This document shows positions 41,454 through 52,287 of a stretch of DNA of 64,000 nucleotides, one piece after another (position 1 is the first letter of the stretch; each line of letters opens with the position of its first letter). Location of the stretch: contig NC_081363.1 of NCBI RefSeq assembly GCF_030684315.1, positions 53,882,312-53,946,311 on the forward strand, written 5' to 3'. The notes below the pieces were generated by a model. The model saw nothing but the letters and a program-made list of their open reading frames with translations, had not been told where the DNA came from and ran no database searches. The position numbers and the translations under genes are program-made. This DNA comes from Stegostoma tigrinum (lineage: Eukaryota).

Positions 41454-41615
41454 GATAACAAAGTGTGGAGCTGCATGAACACAGCAGGCCAAGCAACGTG
41501 GACACAGCAGGCCAAGCAGCATCTGCTCCTAAGATGCTACTTGGCCTGCTGTGTTCATCCAGCTCCACACTTTGTTATCCCAGATTCTCCAGAATCTGCA
41601 GTTCCCATTATTTCT
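41454..41615. mobile_element. PLE-derived fold-back mini-element with about 17-bp TSD
   Basis: Inverted arms gataacaaagtgtggagctg / cagctccacactttgttatc. The flanks are agtaaaaaaaaacttcaa (41436-41453) and agtaaaaaacacttcaa (41616-41632). Confidence 0.85.
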
Positions 41616-42305
41616 AGTAAAAAACACTTCAACAAGGTTTATTTCATAAAGCCCTGTTCATTGATCTTTCCTTTTTGTATGATCTCCAGTATAACTTGGG
41701 AAACTTTTTACATTTTTCCTCAAGATAATGGATAATGCTAATGTAATTTTTTTTTATCAACTTTTGGTAAATAACTTTGGTTTAAAATGTCCAATGCATT
41801 CTTACAGTATTTCACAACTGTATCTATGAGCATATTTTTTCACCATCCCGAAAGCACTTCACACTTCATTGTAACTTCCAACTTTTTATTTGTATGATTA
41901 ATGATGGTTGGTATCTTTTATAAGACAATTCTTTACAAAGTAAGTAACTGAAAAACTCAACAAATTATATTCAATTATTATTAGAAGATGAATCTTGTAA
42001 TTACTACACTCCTCGTTTGATAGGCCACTGTCAATGGTCTTGAAAAATCCCCAAGTCTACCACAGATTATCCTGGAAGGGCAAAGGGTCTCAAAAATTCC
42101 ATCAAAAGGTTAAACGAACTGTCTCATGGTGCTACAAGACAGTAAGACTTTACCATACAGCCAAAAATAAGTTCTGCCTATTGCACATATGAATAATATG
42201 GTATATGATTTTCAGTGCTTGTCTATGCCAGGTGTGTAGGTCGTACGCCCCAAGTGATCATATCATACCCCTTCAGGAATTTACTACAAACAAGGTCCTG
42301 ATGAT

Positions 42306-42498
42306 ACCAGCTCAGTCGACTGGTTTGCAATGCAGAGTGCTGCCAACAGTGTGATCTCAATCGCCATTTGGTTCAGGTTACCATGAAGGTCTCAATCTCT
42401 CCCCTCTCCTGAGGAATGGTTAAACTATCAACAGTAGGCTCTGTCTGGTGACAGAGCAGCCCTTAAATCTGGTAGAGCTAAGGTGATTTTACCTTTAA
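42306..42498 (+). mobile_element. Old tRNA-related SINE
   Basis: Has an agctcagtcgactggtttgcaatgcagag head and is homologous to 11225-11425. Confidence 0.55.
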
Positions 42499-42955
42499 TT
42501 ACTGACCATGACAAACAAATCAATGCCTGCAAAACTCGAAAGATAGCACAGTACATTAGATGTGATTCTATGATCAGATAGAAATTGCTTAATGATGCCA
42601 AGCATGCTCAGAATTATTTTCAAAAATTAATTTAGGATCGTCAGTTGACTCTCAAAGTGCTAACCTTGTGCGGTCTGGAAGCTAAACACATTGATAGATA
42701 GAACCGTGTTCTTTGCAGACAGATGCTATGTACATACATAATGGCCATTTCAATTTCTCAAAATAAGGGACAGCTACTATCTGGATAATATTTTAGTACA
42801 ATGTCTTGACCAAAGTCAACTTGGGGAGTGTTACTGTACAAAGAGACTTTGGTGTGCACGTTCATAGTTCCTTGAAGGTGGAGTAACAGGCAGACACTAT
42901 AGTGAAGAAAGTGTTTGGTATGCTTGCCTTTATTGGTCAGTAAATTGAGTATAGG

Positions 42956-43473
42956 AGTTGGGAGGCCATATTGCAGCTGTATAGGGCATTGGCTCAGCCA
43001 CTAATGGAATACGGCATGAACCCTAGTCTCCATGCTATAGGAAGGATGTTGTGAAAGGATTCAGGAAAGACTTACAAGGATGTTGCCAGGGTTAGAAGGT
43101 TGGAGCTATAGAGAGAGGCTGAGTAGGTTGGGGCTATTTTCCCTGGAGCATCAGAGGCTGAGCGGTGATCTTACAGATGTTTATGAAATCATCAGGGCAC
43201 GGATATGGTAAGTAAACAAGGTAATGGAATCCCTACAGTGTAGAAAGAGGCCCTTCAGCCCAATAAGCCCGCACAAACCCTGAGAGCATCCCACCTAGAC
43301 CCATCCCCCTATAAGCCACCTAATCTACACATCCTTGAACACTACAGGCAATTTAGCATGGCCAATCCACCTAGCCTGCATACCTTTGAATGAGGAAACC
43401 GGAGCACCCGGAGGAAACCCACACAGACACAGGGAGAATGTGCAAACTCTACACAGACAGTGGCCCGAGGGTG
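42956..43473 (-). repeat. Left arm of inverted duplication 2 (518 bp)
   Basis: Reverse complement of 44941-45458, including the identical CR1/SINE junction. Confidence 0.95.
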
Positions 43474-43538
43474 GAAACAGACCTGGGTCCCTGGTGCTGT
43501 GAGGCAGCAGTGCTAACCACTGAGCCACCGTGCTGCCC
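43223..43538 (-). mobile_element. HE1-type SINE, full length
   Basis: The antisense head reads gtgctaaccactgagccaccgtgctgccc, and core and tail are present. Confidence 0.9.
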
Positions 43539-43751
43539 TTGGTGTTTTCTCTGGGTTTGGGGAGTCCAAAACTAAAAGCATAGTTTGAAATGAGGGGGAA
43601 AGATTTAAAAAGGGGTATAAGGGACAACTTTTTCACACAGAGAGTAGTGTGTGTATGGAATGAACCACAGGAGGAAATGGCGGAGACTGGTACAATTACA
43701 ACATTTAAAAGGCATCTGGATAGGTATATAAATAGGAAGGCTTTAGAGGGA

Positions 43752-44443
43752 GTGATAATGGGAACTGCAGATGCTGGAGAATCCAAGATAATAAAATGTG
43801 AAGCTGGATGAACACAGCAGGCCAAGCAGCATCTCAGGAGCACAAAAGCTGACGTTTCGGGCCTAGACCCTTCATCAGAGAGGGGAATGGGGTGAGGGTT
43901 CTGGAATAAATAGGGAGAGAGGGGGAGGCGGACCGAAGATGGAGAGAAAAGAAGATAGGTGGAGAGGAGAGTATAGGTGGGGAGGTAGGGAGGGGATAGG
44001 TCAGTCCAGGGAAGACGGACAGGACAAGGAGGTGGGATGAGGATAGTAGGTAGGAGATAGAGGTGCGGCTTGGGGTGGGAGGAAGGGATGGGTGAGACGA
44101 AGAACAGGTTAGGGAGGCAGAGACAGGTTGGACTGGTTTTGGGATGCAGTATACCACATTGGCAGATGTGCAGGTGAACCTCTGCTTAATTTGGAAAGTC
44201 ATCTTGGGGCCTGGGATAGGGGTGAGGGAGGAGGTGTGGGGGCAAGTGTAGCATTTCCTGCGGTTGCAGGGGAAGGTGCCGGGTGTGGTGGGGTTGGAGG
44301 GCAGTGTGGAGTGAACAAGGGAGTCACGGAGCGAGTGGTCTCTACGGAAAGCAGACAAGGGTGGGGATGGAAAAATGTCTTGGGTGGTGGGGTCGGATTG
44401 TAGATGGCGGAAGTGTCGGAGAATGATGCGGAGGATGTGTCGG
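43752..44443 (-). mobile_element. Young PLE 3' fragment with internal deletion, inserted into a CR1, with 14-bp TSD
   Basis: Same family as 58968-61347 (SAFRRDHSLRDSLV...PCNRRKCYTCPH). The TSD aggctttagaggga lies at 43738-43751 and 44444-44457, and CR1 sequence resumes after it. Confidence 0.93.
43848..43881 (-). ncRNA. Minimal hammerhead ribozyme motif (third copy)
   Basis: The minus strand reads CUGAUGAAGGGUCUAGGCCCGAAACGUCAG, identical to the copy at 59029-59062. Confidence 0.8.
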
Positions 44444-44940
44444 AGGCTTTAGAGGGATATGGGCCAAATGCTGGAAAATGGGACTGAACTTACTTCGGAT
44501 ATCTGGTTAGCATGGATGAGTTGCACCAAGGGGGTCTATTGCTCTGCAGTACAACTCTCTGATTCTATGACACAATATATAATGTAAACCTGTATTTAAG
44601 AAACAGGTCTTTTTCATACCATACCACACTGGATTATATTCTACGCAGACACATCAATGAATTCTTCTGTATTCATTCAATTCTGTATGAATTCTTTATT
44701 GCAATTGTTATTCAGTCCTCTCAACATAAACATAATGATCAGGGGACCCACAGGTATCGCTTGAGGCTGAGCATTGGAGAAACTGCTAATGAGATATATG
44801 CTCTTGAATATCCAACAGTTCTTTATATCTGTGATAAGGGAAAGGAGGCAGGCACAAGAGAGGATCAACAAAAGCAACATGATGGCACAAGGGATTCTGC
44901 ATGCAGAAAAGTGAGAGATATAAGCCATAGAAGCATGAGT

Positions 44941-45458
44941 CACCCTCTGGCAACTGACTGTGTGGAGTTTGCACATTCTCCCTGTGTCTGTGTGGGTTTC
45001 CTCCGGGTGCTCCGGATTCGTCCTTCAAAGATGTGCAGGCTAGGTGGATTGGCCATGCTAAATTGCCTGTAGTGTTCAAGGATGTGTAGATTAGGTGGCT
45101 TATAGGGGGATGGGTCTAGGTGGGATGCTCTCAGGGTTTGTGCGGGCTTATTGGGCTGAAGGGCCTGTTTCTACACTGTGGGGATTCCATTACCTTGTTT
45201 ACTTACCATATCCGTGCCCTGATGATTTCATAAACCTCTGTATGGTCACCGCTCAGCCTCTGATGCTCCAGGGAAAATAGCCCCAACCTACTCAGCCTCT
45301 CCCTATAGCTCAAACCTTCTAACCCTGGCAACATCTTTGTCAGTCTTTCCTGAATCCTTTCACAACATCCTTCCTATAGCATGGAGACTAGGGTTCATGC
45401 CGTATTCCAATAGTGGCCGAGCCATTGTCCTGTACAGCTGCAACATGGCCTCCCAACT
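44941..45458 (+). repeat. Right arm of inverted duplication 2 (headless SINE plus CR1 flank)
   Basis: gggattccattaccttgtttacttaccatatccgtgccctgatgatttcataaac mirrors about 43179-43233. Confidence 0.95.
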
Positions 45459-45715
45459 GGATGCAGGAAGGATGTTCTTCATCCACAGAGTGGTGAGCCT
45501 GTGGAATTCATTACCACAGGAAGTAGTTGATGCCAAAACTTTGAATATGTTCAAGAGGTGTCTAGATACAGCTCTTGAGGTGAAAGGAATCAAAGGTTAT
45601 GGGGAGAAAGCATGATTAGGCTACTGAGTTGGACAATCAGCCGTGATCATGAAGAATGGCAAAGCAGACTCAAAGGGCCAAATGGCCGCCTCCTACTCCT
45701 ATCTTCTATGTTTCT
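45459..45715 (+). mobile_element. CR1 3' end
   Basis: Encodes FFIHRVVSLWNSLPQEVV...GIKGYGEKA and has the tail ttctatgtttct. Confidence 0.85.
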
Positions 45716-46128
45716 GTCAGATTGACCCACTTCATTACTGAAAGCTACATCTGGCGGTGCCTCCTTTCTTGTTGGACTGGAAACATACTGCTGTGGGAAA
45801 CTCTCCTGAACACTCTAGGAATCTTAGGAATGTTACCCCTTACTATTATTTAAACCGCTACAACATTTGCAAAATCAGACAACTAGAGCCCTGCATTATT
45901 ATTTGATCATTTTTGCATCTCCTGGTCTGGTTTCTCTACTTCAGTGTCTTAATTTTTCCCAATCCTTCTTCCCTCCCTGCATATACACTTAAGTTGGAGA
46001 ATAACCATGTCTATTAACATGCTAACCACAAAGCTCTTCACATCATTGATGCTCCGCAGTGACACCAGTTACTGCTCAAATTGTGAAACCTAGAGCTAAA
46101 TTTCCACAGCTGACCGCACTTTCTGTAA

Positions 46129-46350
46129 AGATAGTAGGAACTGCCAGTGCTGGAGAATCTAAGATAACACGGTGTGAAGCTGGATGAACACAGCAGGTCA
46201 AGCAGCATCATAACAGCAGGAAAGTTTGGCATTTCGGGTTGAAACACCCATTTTCTGAAGAAGAGTCTTGATCCAAATCATCAAACTTTCCTGCTGTTAT
46301 GATGCTGCTTGGCCTGCTGTGTTCATCCAGCTTCACACCATGTTATCTTA
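46129..46350. mobile_element. PLE-derived fold-back mini-element with near-perfect ~65-bp arms
   Basis: taagataacacggtgtgaagctggatgaacacagcagg...catcataacagcaggaaagtttg pairs with caaactttcctgctgttatgatg...cttcacaccatgttatctta. A decayed hammerhead sits in the centre. Confidence 0.85.
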
Positions 46351-48437
46351 CTCTCTCTGCAAAAATGGTTTTCCGGGACACAGGAAGTATCCCAGAGTTC
46401 CCAAACAGTAAGGTTCGTAAATTCTAGAGGTTGAAGCAGTCTTTCCATTATTGTTAAACATTGTTCATTCTGATAAACCCTGATATTAGTAAACTTTCAT
46501 AATTCTAATACACAAAATTAGGTAATTAACTGAATGTGTGTTGAAATCAATGCCAAAGGAATAAGTGAAACCTTTGCTTTAGTAAAGATTTATGAGCTCA
46601 AAGTCATCCATTCTTTGTGAAGAATGGTAATTCAAAGTTAGCAGGACAGCCATCCCAGCCACAAGGGATTGATGTTTTACTAACTAGCTAGAAAGATAAT
46701 GTTGGGAGAATTTCACATAGCCACAGTAATGGGGCAGGTTTTGGGGCTGTTTGAAGATGTACAACAGTCTTCATCAAATTAGACTGATTGTGTTATAAAT
46801 AATACAGTGGAGAAGAATTAAAACTCATAACATATCGAAAAGGGAAACAATGCAAGCTTGAAAAATGGAACTTCTTGATGAATGTGGAAACGATATAAAT
46901 AATGAAGAGAGCAGCGCTAGTAGAAGACAGTTCAAATTTAGTCATTTTCTAGCAAGAAAACCTAAAAATAGAAGAGACTTCAGTGCATGAAGGAACAATT
47001 ACAAAGGAGATAGAATCACATCTATCCAGGCAGCGAAGGATATGGATATCTCAGTTTTAGACCTGGATGTCTCAAGTTTCAGGAATAAATTAGGCATGGA
47101 TGAATTTGGTGAAGAGGCAGGAGACAATATTGTATGATCAACCATTGCACTGGTTGAGTGAATATATGGTTTTCCTTTCATCGGAGAACTAAAATGCCCA
47201 GCAAAGAGTAACAGGTAGTAACTCCTTGTCATAGAATGTCACTTAGTTATAATCATGGTGGACCTATTCGGTCAGCGTGGTAGAAACCACATGGAAAGCA
47301 ATGAGAGATGAGAGGCCAAAGAAGTCAACTCTATATGCCACTAGATCGTAGAAAAAATCTAAATCAGGGAATTCATAGTTTTTATGATATTGTGGTTCAT
47401 TAAAATGGTCAAATAACCAGTAGTAGCACCTAAATGTATGAGTTGGCTGGACTGAATCTCTGCTATCATCCTCTGATTAATTTGGGATCTACAGGGCATG
47501 CTTTGTATAGTTTGATTAAGAAAAGCCACCGGGTAGTCTGAGAAGAGGCTCTTGTCTTGAATGTTATGGATGATAAGAGTAAGCACAAGTTATATTTGTA
47601 AGATAGACATTGATGCAAAGGCTGTTGTTGAGAGATTCAAATGATAGGTTTATCTTCTTTGAGATTCAGATCTACTTTGCCCATCTAAATCTGTATGACA
47701 ACTGAGTGGAGTTTAAGACACTCCTCAGCATTAATCCTTTAGGGGTCAAATACCCTGTAAAATAACAAACAACCAAGGGAAGGCAGAGATATTCCTATAC
47801 TATTTGCTGCAAATAGTATAGGAAATGGATTAAAAATGAAAATATAATTCTGGATATGAGGCTCAATTACGACAAATCAAATATAACATATGTGAAATAT
47901 GCTGCTGATTTGCTATTGCTTGTTATCCAATGTTGACAAGTCAAAATTACCTCTGTGTCTTATATAAACTAGCCTGTTAAGAAGGAAGCATTGATGAATG
48001 CAAATGTGTAACTTAGAAAGTAAAGCTGTGCATTACCAATAAAACTGCAGTATTCCTATAAAAGTAGAACATTTTCACAGCGTTGCATGCTTAGTGAAAA
48101 TTTGTTTCTCTGAACGCAAGTTTTCAATTTAAAAACACTGCTAGGCAAAAGGCAGCTATTGCTCAGTCACTGTGTTAATTGCAAATCTTAATGCTGTTCA
48201 CTTATTTTACAAGCAATAACTGAGAATAACAGATTAGATGGGCAAATGTGGTCAGGACATCAAGTGCAGCATACAATTACATTTGTAGAATATGCTCCTG
48301 GCGAAATCTGCAAATTATCCTTAAAATTTGTTTAACCAGAGATAATTTTGACTTGGGACATTAATGGGAGATACTGTGGGCAAGAATTCAGCTCTGGTCA
48401 CAGCCTAAATTCCAGGCAGAAAAGTGCGCAAAATATC

Positions 48438-48545
48438 ACGGTGTTGATCTGGATGAACACAGCAGGTCGAGCAGCATCAGAGGAGCAGGTGAAAGCTGAT
48501 GTTTCAGGTCGAGACCCAGCATTGGCAGTTCCTACTATCTCTGTC
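48438..48545. mobile_element. PLE-derived mini-element with 9-bp TSD
   Basis: Reads ctggatgaacacagcagg...gctgatgtttcaggtcgagaccc and then an inverted cagcattggcagttcctactatctct. The TSD caaaatatc lies at 48429-48437 and 48546-48554. Confidence 0.75.
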
Positions 48546-48733
48546 CAAAATATCGCTTGTTTTAAGATGATTGAGAAGAAACCCATGGTCAGGTAACCCA
48601 TGACCTCCAGGATTGTTCCAGTAATATTGATAGTTTTTCACGAGCATAGATGCAAACATGAAATGTTGAAGCCAAGTTTAAACCTAGCTAAAAGGTGTTT
48701 TCAATTGTTGCAGTTCGTATTAAAAAAAAGAGA

Positions 48734-48805
48734 CAGCCTGCTAGGGAATTGAACTCCAATCTCCTGCATGAGATGCAGGGATATTAACCAATGTACTAAC
48801 AAGAA
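48734..48805 (-). pseudogene. tRNA-Asp-derived pseudogene (anticodon now reads CTC)
   Basis: The 72-nt minus-strand sequence TTCTTGTTAGTACATTGGTTAATATCCCTGCATCTCATGCAGGAGATTGGAGTTCAATTCCCTAGCAGGCTG is colinear with vertebrate tRNA-Asp(GTC) TCCTCGTTAGTATAGTGG...GGTTCGATTCCCCGACGGGGAG. Many differences are CpG transitions, the acceptor stem is broken, and a T8 tract follows at 48722-48729. Confidence 0.75.
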
Positions 48806-48807
48806 AG

Positions 48808-49007
48808 GGACAATAAAAAACTGCAGATGTTGGAATCCAAAGTAGACAATCAAGAGGCTGGAAGAACACAGCAGGCCATGCAGCATCTGGAGGAAAAGAG
48901 CAGTCGACATTTTGTGTATTACCCTTCTTCTGGACTTGAAATGTTGGCTGCTCCTTTCTTCCAGGTGTTGCCTGGTCTGTTGTGTTATTCCAGCCTCCTG
49001 TTTGTAT
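48808..49007. mobile_element. PLE-derived fold-back mini-element at the 5' end of a tRNA pseudogene
   Basis: Inverted arms gaggctggaagaacacagcaggcc / ggtctgttgtgttattccagcctc. The TSD core caagaaag lies at 48800-48807 and 49013-49020. Confidence 0.7.
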
Positions 49008-49640
49008 AATAGCAAGAAAGCCTAGCCATCTCTGCAATTTGCAAAGTACAGAACTGGAACCGACAGTATTCATGCAGCCAGGGCTTAGACACTCAAATTA
49101 CCGAATTGCCTGGTTGGGTACTAATGGCCATTGCTGTGGAACAATTCAGTGTTTAAACCAAATTGTTACATCTACTTTGTTAGAAGAATGTTTCGCAGAC
49201 TTGGTGGCATCCAGCTCAGTAGGAAGCTGGAGGCCGAGTGAGACAAGGACAGCACTTGACTTGAAGGTTCAAAATAGTGTTGTGTGACCTCCAAATATGG
49301 AATGTAGACAGCTCACTGGATCTTCCTGCCCTGGCATTGGACACAGGCCAGACAATTTGGGAAGGACGTGAACGAAGGAATAAAAGAGATTGCCTGGAGG
49401 TCCAGCTATCTCTGCTTTTGCACTTTCTTCAATAGTTCTTGTGGAGATATCACAATCTGAAGACTAGAATTAGCCCTAGACGAGAGGGGGAGCCCAAGAT
49501 TTACGAGTGCAGGTCCTGAAACATCAGCCAATCCTCAAAGACCAAGGAATAGCCTGTCCAAGATTTACTGGATGTGTATTACCAGTCCTTTCACACAAAA
49601 AGTTCAAATACCATGGTAGAGACCTGCGGGTATGGTCCAT

Positions 49641-50956
49641 TGTAGGGTTCTGGCTTGCAATTAATAATCTGCTTTTTGATTTTTTGCGTGGTTCAAATCA
49701 CCCCCCGATTCCTAGTTTTGACAACTGACTTATCTAGGAATGTGAAGAAGGGATTAGACAGGTGTTTTGGGGCAAAAGAATCTCTGCATTTAATAAATAC
49801 AAAAGATAAGTATATTACAAGAGTAAAGGCAAATACAACAAACAGTAAAATTGACACAATCGATTATACAGAGGACAGCAACGAAATACACAATAAAATC
49901 AAACACACATTAAACATATTAGAACTAAACAATAAGGTTTTGATCACAAACACATTTAGTCAGACTCCCTATCCTGGGGGCTTCTGCACTGTTACCACCC
50001 ACCTCCCTCTCCCTTCTAGCTAGTTGGAAACTTTGGGATCTTGGGAGTTTTAAGCTCACCACTGGCGATAAAAGCGAGTTTGAAGTACAGCTGGCCGTTC
50101 CCACTTGCCATACCTTGATGAAGATTTTGAACAGGGTAGGCCTTCAGTCTGGGTTGAGTCCACTGATGTGGTAGGACATGTAGTGGATTTATCAGATGAG
50201 TACTTGGTTTTCCTTATTTTGCGATGGTTTTTGCAGGCCAATTTTCACCTCTGGCTGTGCACGAGGCCTTGTGGTGTTGGTTGGGTTGGTGATTTCGGAG
50301 GTTGTGAGTTATCAGGTCTGCCTGTCAGAGTCCGTCACTGTTGGTTATCCTGGTAGGCAAAAGGCCAGTGTCAGTAAGTCTCAGGATTGTCGTTGGGATC
50401 CCTCTTCCAGCGATAGTAGTGCACATAGGTCTTGGGGAGATATCTTTTTGGGATGCCTCTTCTGAAGATGGCTCTGACGATCGCTCTCAGTGTGGTAGCA
50501 CTCAGGTGGGGTCAGGGCCTGCAATTTTACTATCTGTGTGTCCCTTGTCTTTGTGCCAAATCTGTATGTGCCATTGTGTTATTGGCGTAACAGTGTGCCC
50601 TTTGAGGCAACTGGCTTCCTGATAGTTAAGAATAAATGAAAATGTATTTTGATTAAGTGGAACATCTGGTTGATCTGTGTAAGAATATTGATCAAAGTTG
50701 AATATCTGGTATCTGCAGAGATCCCATTCAGTCTGGGTTGGGTAGGGTATAGGCCTGGTTGATTGTTCTTTTAGGGTAGATGTATAATTGGATTTTCATG
50801 ATGAACAATGGTTCCGAGCAACTATCTCTGTGCCTGTGTAATTTTCCCACAGCATAACCCAGTTGTTTTGTTTTTCAAATTTTAAATGTTATTTGAAAAG
50901 TCCAGGATTTTGGTCCAGTATATCAGAATATGGGGATTTTTACTCAATCCTATACA
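49641..50956. mobile_element. Inner solo-LTR-like segment (TG...CA)
   Basis: It begins tgtagggtt and ends aatcctataca (imperfect inverted termini), exactly between the duplicated segments. It shows no coding homology and no matching TSD. Confidence 0.5.
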
Positions 50957-51109
50957 TAGCATTTGACAGTTGAAGGTTCAAAACAGTGTTGTGGGTCTTC
51001 CAAATACAGAATGTAGACAGCTCACAGGACCTTCCTGACCTGGCCTAATGAGAGCAGTAGACATGGACCGTAGAATTTGGGAAGGGCATGAAGGGGGCTA
51101 TAAAATGTT

Positions 51110-51185
51110 ACCTGGCCTGCTGTGCTGCTCCAACTCCACACTGTGTTACTTCTGACTCCAGAATCAGCAGTTCTTACTATCTCTG
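51110..51185 (+). mobile_element. PLE-derived tail inserted in an LTR-like segment
   Basis: cctggcctgctgtgctgctccaactccacactgtg...gttcttactatctct is absent from the paralogous segment at about 49380. It has degenerate flanking repeats gctataaaatgtt / gcttaaaaagtt. Confidence 0.7.
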
Positions 51186-52287
51186 CTTAAAAAGTTTTTC
51201 AGATCCCCAGCTCTCTCTGCTCTTGCACTTTCTTCAATGACTCTTCCAGAGATATCGGCTCAGTGAGACAACCTGAAGACTAACACTAGCCCCAGATGAG
51301 GGAGGAAACAAATCAGCGACTGCAGATCCTGAAACATCAGACATTCCTCAAAGACAAAGGACCAGCCTGTCCAAGACTTACTGGATGTGTATTACCAGTC
51401 CTTTCATACATACAATTCAAATACCATGGTGGGGAGCTGTGAATGTGATGTAGTGCATCTTCAGAAATGTGTGTCAAAAGTAAATAGCTGTTGTAGATTT
51501 ATAACTATTCATTAATGAGATTGATAGAGTTTGATAGAACTTAAAGTCCAATTAGTGAGTCTGTTAAATATTGTATTTCCTCTTCAAATGCTCATTAAAG
51601 TTGTGTTGAACCTTCTCCTGGCTGTGCCCCTGTGTCTATCTCACCAGATAATAGGCCTGAGTTAAAAAGGGTTACTGCAAGGTTAGTCAGGGTACATTCA
51701 CCCACCCCTTCCACTTTATAACAGCATTTTGGAAAGCTATGAGAAGAAAACAAAAGTTAGCAATAATTTATATTCTCATATACATTAAATGGTGGTAACC
51801 TGATGAAATTTATTAACAAAGCTTAAAAATGGATTTACTGTAAAGCAAATGATTAATTTTCATCAGAATGTCCAGTCCATCCCAATTTTGAATATATGAA
51901 GTTCCTTGATCTTTTGTTTTGCCTGAAATTGGGAAAGGTGCATTGAAAAAGAACTCATGCAATCAAGTGGAAATTCTGGGCCTGCATGTAAATAATCAAA
52001 TACATCTTTCCCAATTTCATAATCAATGCTTGTGAAAATCATGTTAAATGTATAATGGACTGCTAACCATTTGCAGCTGATTTACACCATTACCCAAAGT
52101 GAATCTCAGAACAGAAACATAGAAATATGTTGCGTCGAAGGAAGCATCCAGCCTGTTGAGTCAGTACCGGTCTCTGCAAAAGCACTTAAACTAGTTGCTT
52201 TTATCCACTTTAATCCTCGTAGCCCTAATTTCCTTTCTCCTCCACGAACTTGTCCAATTTCTTTTTGAAATGGAATTTTCACCTTTA

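Larger units (their letters stand above)
42820..44552 (+). mobile_element. CR1 3' part interrupted by a SINE (43223-43538) and a PLE (43752-44443)
   Basis: Encodes FFTQRVVCVWNEP...TFKRHLDRY. It continues after the PLE TSD to the tail ctctgattctatgac. Confidence 0.88.
49178..51723 (+). mobile_element. LTR-like outer element (TGTTA...TAACA) containing a ~390-bp direct duplication
   Basis: Termini are tgttagaag / ctttataaca. Positions 49251-49640 align with 50958 to about 51454. There is a TATA-like gctataaaa at about 51096 and attaaa at about 51594. Confidence 0.55.

Noticed and set aside
46850-47720. Possible decayed LTR-retroelement gag-like segment
   Set aside because: It is purine-rich and coding-like, but I could not recover any diagnostic motif.
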